DNA of 64,000 nt from Acidimicrobiales bacterium (GTDB taxonomy: Bacteria; Actinomycetota; Acidimicrobiia; Acidimicrobiales; RAAP-2), in contig DATMMN010000145.1 in NCBI GenBank assembly GCA_035569675.1, positions 361-64,360 on the forward strand. The letters are read 5' to 3'. Below, one piece after another: positions 63,114 to 64,000 of the stretch. The position numbers were made by a program, and so were the translations under genes. Position 1 is the stretch's first letter. Every line of letters begins with the position of its first letter. Below the pieces are notes generated by a model. That model made no database searches. It was not told the origin of the DNA and saw only the letters and a program-made list of their open reading frames with translations.

Positions 63114-64000
63114 GTGCTTGACCTCGAATTCGACCAGGAGCAGGAGCTGCTCCAGCAAACGGTGCGCGACCTGTTGCAGCGGCAATGCCCGCCGGAGGTC
63201 GTGCGCTCCATGGAGGACGACCCGGTCGGTTATCCGCCCGAACTATGGTCGCAACTGGGTCAGCTCGACCTGATCGGGTTGTTGCTACCGGAAGAGTATG
63301 GCGGTTCGGGGATGTCGCTCATCGAGGGCGTCGCGTTGTACGAGGAGCTGGGCCGGGCGCTCGCTCCTACGCCGCACTTCGTAAGCGCGGTGATGGCCGG
63401 AGGTGTGCTCGCCGCGTCGGGGAGCGCCGAACAGAAGGACCGTTGGCTGCGCTCCATCGCGACGGGTGAGGCCATCCTGTCCCCGGCTTGGTTGGAACCT
63501 GAGAATGGGTTTGCTCCCCGTGGTGTCGAAGTGCGAGCGACCGCCGCTGGGGGTGGATTCTCACTTTCGGGTCTCAAGCGCCACGTGGCGTTCGCCTCAT
63601 CGGCTGACCGTCTTGTCGTACTCGCTCGCACCGGCGACGGGGAGGAGGACGTCGACCTTTTCCTTGTCGATCCTGCGTCGCCTGGCGTCACCTTGCGACA
63701 GCAGCTCACCATCGCCTCCGATACGCAGTACGAGGTCGCCTTTTCCGGGGTCACCATCAGTGAGGCGGACCGCATCGGTGCGGCCGGAACCGGATGGGAC
63801 ACCTGGCAGAGTGTTCTGGAGCCGGCGCTGGTGCTTCTCGCCGCGCACGCGGTGGGTGGGGCGCGCTACGCGTTGGAGATTACGACGCAGTACGCCAAGG
63901 ACCGCCAGCAGTTCAACAAGCCGCTCGGCGCTTTCCAGGCGCTGGCGCACTACCTCGCGGACGCCGTGACCGCCCTCGACGGGGCCGAGCAGTTGGTGCA
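63114..64000 (+). CDS. acyl-CoA dehydrogenase (5' part; continues beyond the window)
   Basis: My own translation is open from GTG 63114 to the window end: VLDLEFDQEQELLQQTVRDLL...EEYGGSGMS...YAKDRQQFNKPLGAFQALAH. It is not in the ORF track because no stop is reached. Confidence 0.85.
   Translation, partial: MLDLEFDQEQELLQQTVRDLLQRQCPPEVVRSMEDDPVGYPPELWSQLGQLDLIGLLLPEEYGGSGMSLIEGVALYEELGRALAPTPHFVSAVMAGGVLAASGSAEQKDRWLRSIATGEAILSPAWLEPENGFAPRGVEVRATAAGGGFSLSGLKRHVAFASSADRLVVLARTGDGEEDVDLFLVDPASPGVTLRQQLTIASDTQYEVAFSGVTISEADRIGAAGTGWDTWQSVLEPALVLLAAHAVGGARYALEITTQYAKDRQQFNKPLGAFQALAHYLADAVTALDGAEQLV

Noticed and set aside
1-64000. Looked for CRISPR arrays, tRNA/rRNA genes, IS elements, integrases and prophage genes.
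   Set aside because: None were recognised on either strand. The only tandem repeat is the 9-bp cydC/cydA repeat. No terminal inverted repeats or target-site duplications were noticed around the gene relics.

Overview
High-GC (about 70% by eye) actinobacterial-type chromosomal segment. It is densely packed with about 60 protein-coding genes on both strands. Many genes are translationally coupled by ATGA/GTGA overlaps. I saw no rRNA, tRNA, CRISPR array, transposase, integrase or phage gene. Content from left to right: (1) a branched-chain-amino-acid-type ABC transporter fragment, then assorted oxidoreductases and hydrolases. (2) An island of tailoring-type enzymes at 11.5-21 kb: Gfo/Idh/MocA, CoA-transferase, questin-oxidase-like, AKR, SnoaL/LEH, amidohydrolase, ABM, SAM-MTase, DinB. 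(3) An SOS locus at 24.4-30.4 kb: one palindromic LexA box sits between a divergent SRAP/yedK gene and an imuA'-imuB-dnaE2 cassette. yedK runs straight into genes for secreted hydrolases. (4) A TetR/DUF4242 pair, then an ECF42-type sigma factor with its DGPF/YciI partner. (5) ndh, a GH15 enzyme, and a cytochrome bd locus in the unusual order cydD-cydC-cydA-cydB. (6) An Lrp-controlled amine/aldehyde catabolic regulon: NCS1 permease, omega-transaminase, FAD oxidase, ALDH, alanine dehydrogenase. (7) Two adjacent class III nucleotide cyclases with different sensor modules. (8) An acyl-CoA dehydrogenase / CoA-transferase / hot-dog hydratase operon that runs off the right edge. Three short gene relics (pirin, SCPx-type thiolase, one unidentified 3' end) mark past rearrangements. 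I could not identify a clearly novel multi-gene system with confidence. The best candidates for follow-up are the two-cyclase module, the SOS box to yedK to secreted-hydrolase string, and the orphan tailoring-enzyme island. All calls come from reading translated ORFs and motifs by eye. No database search was run.
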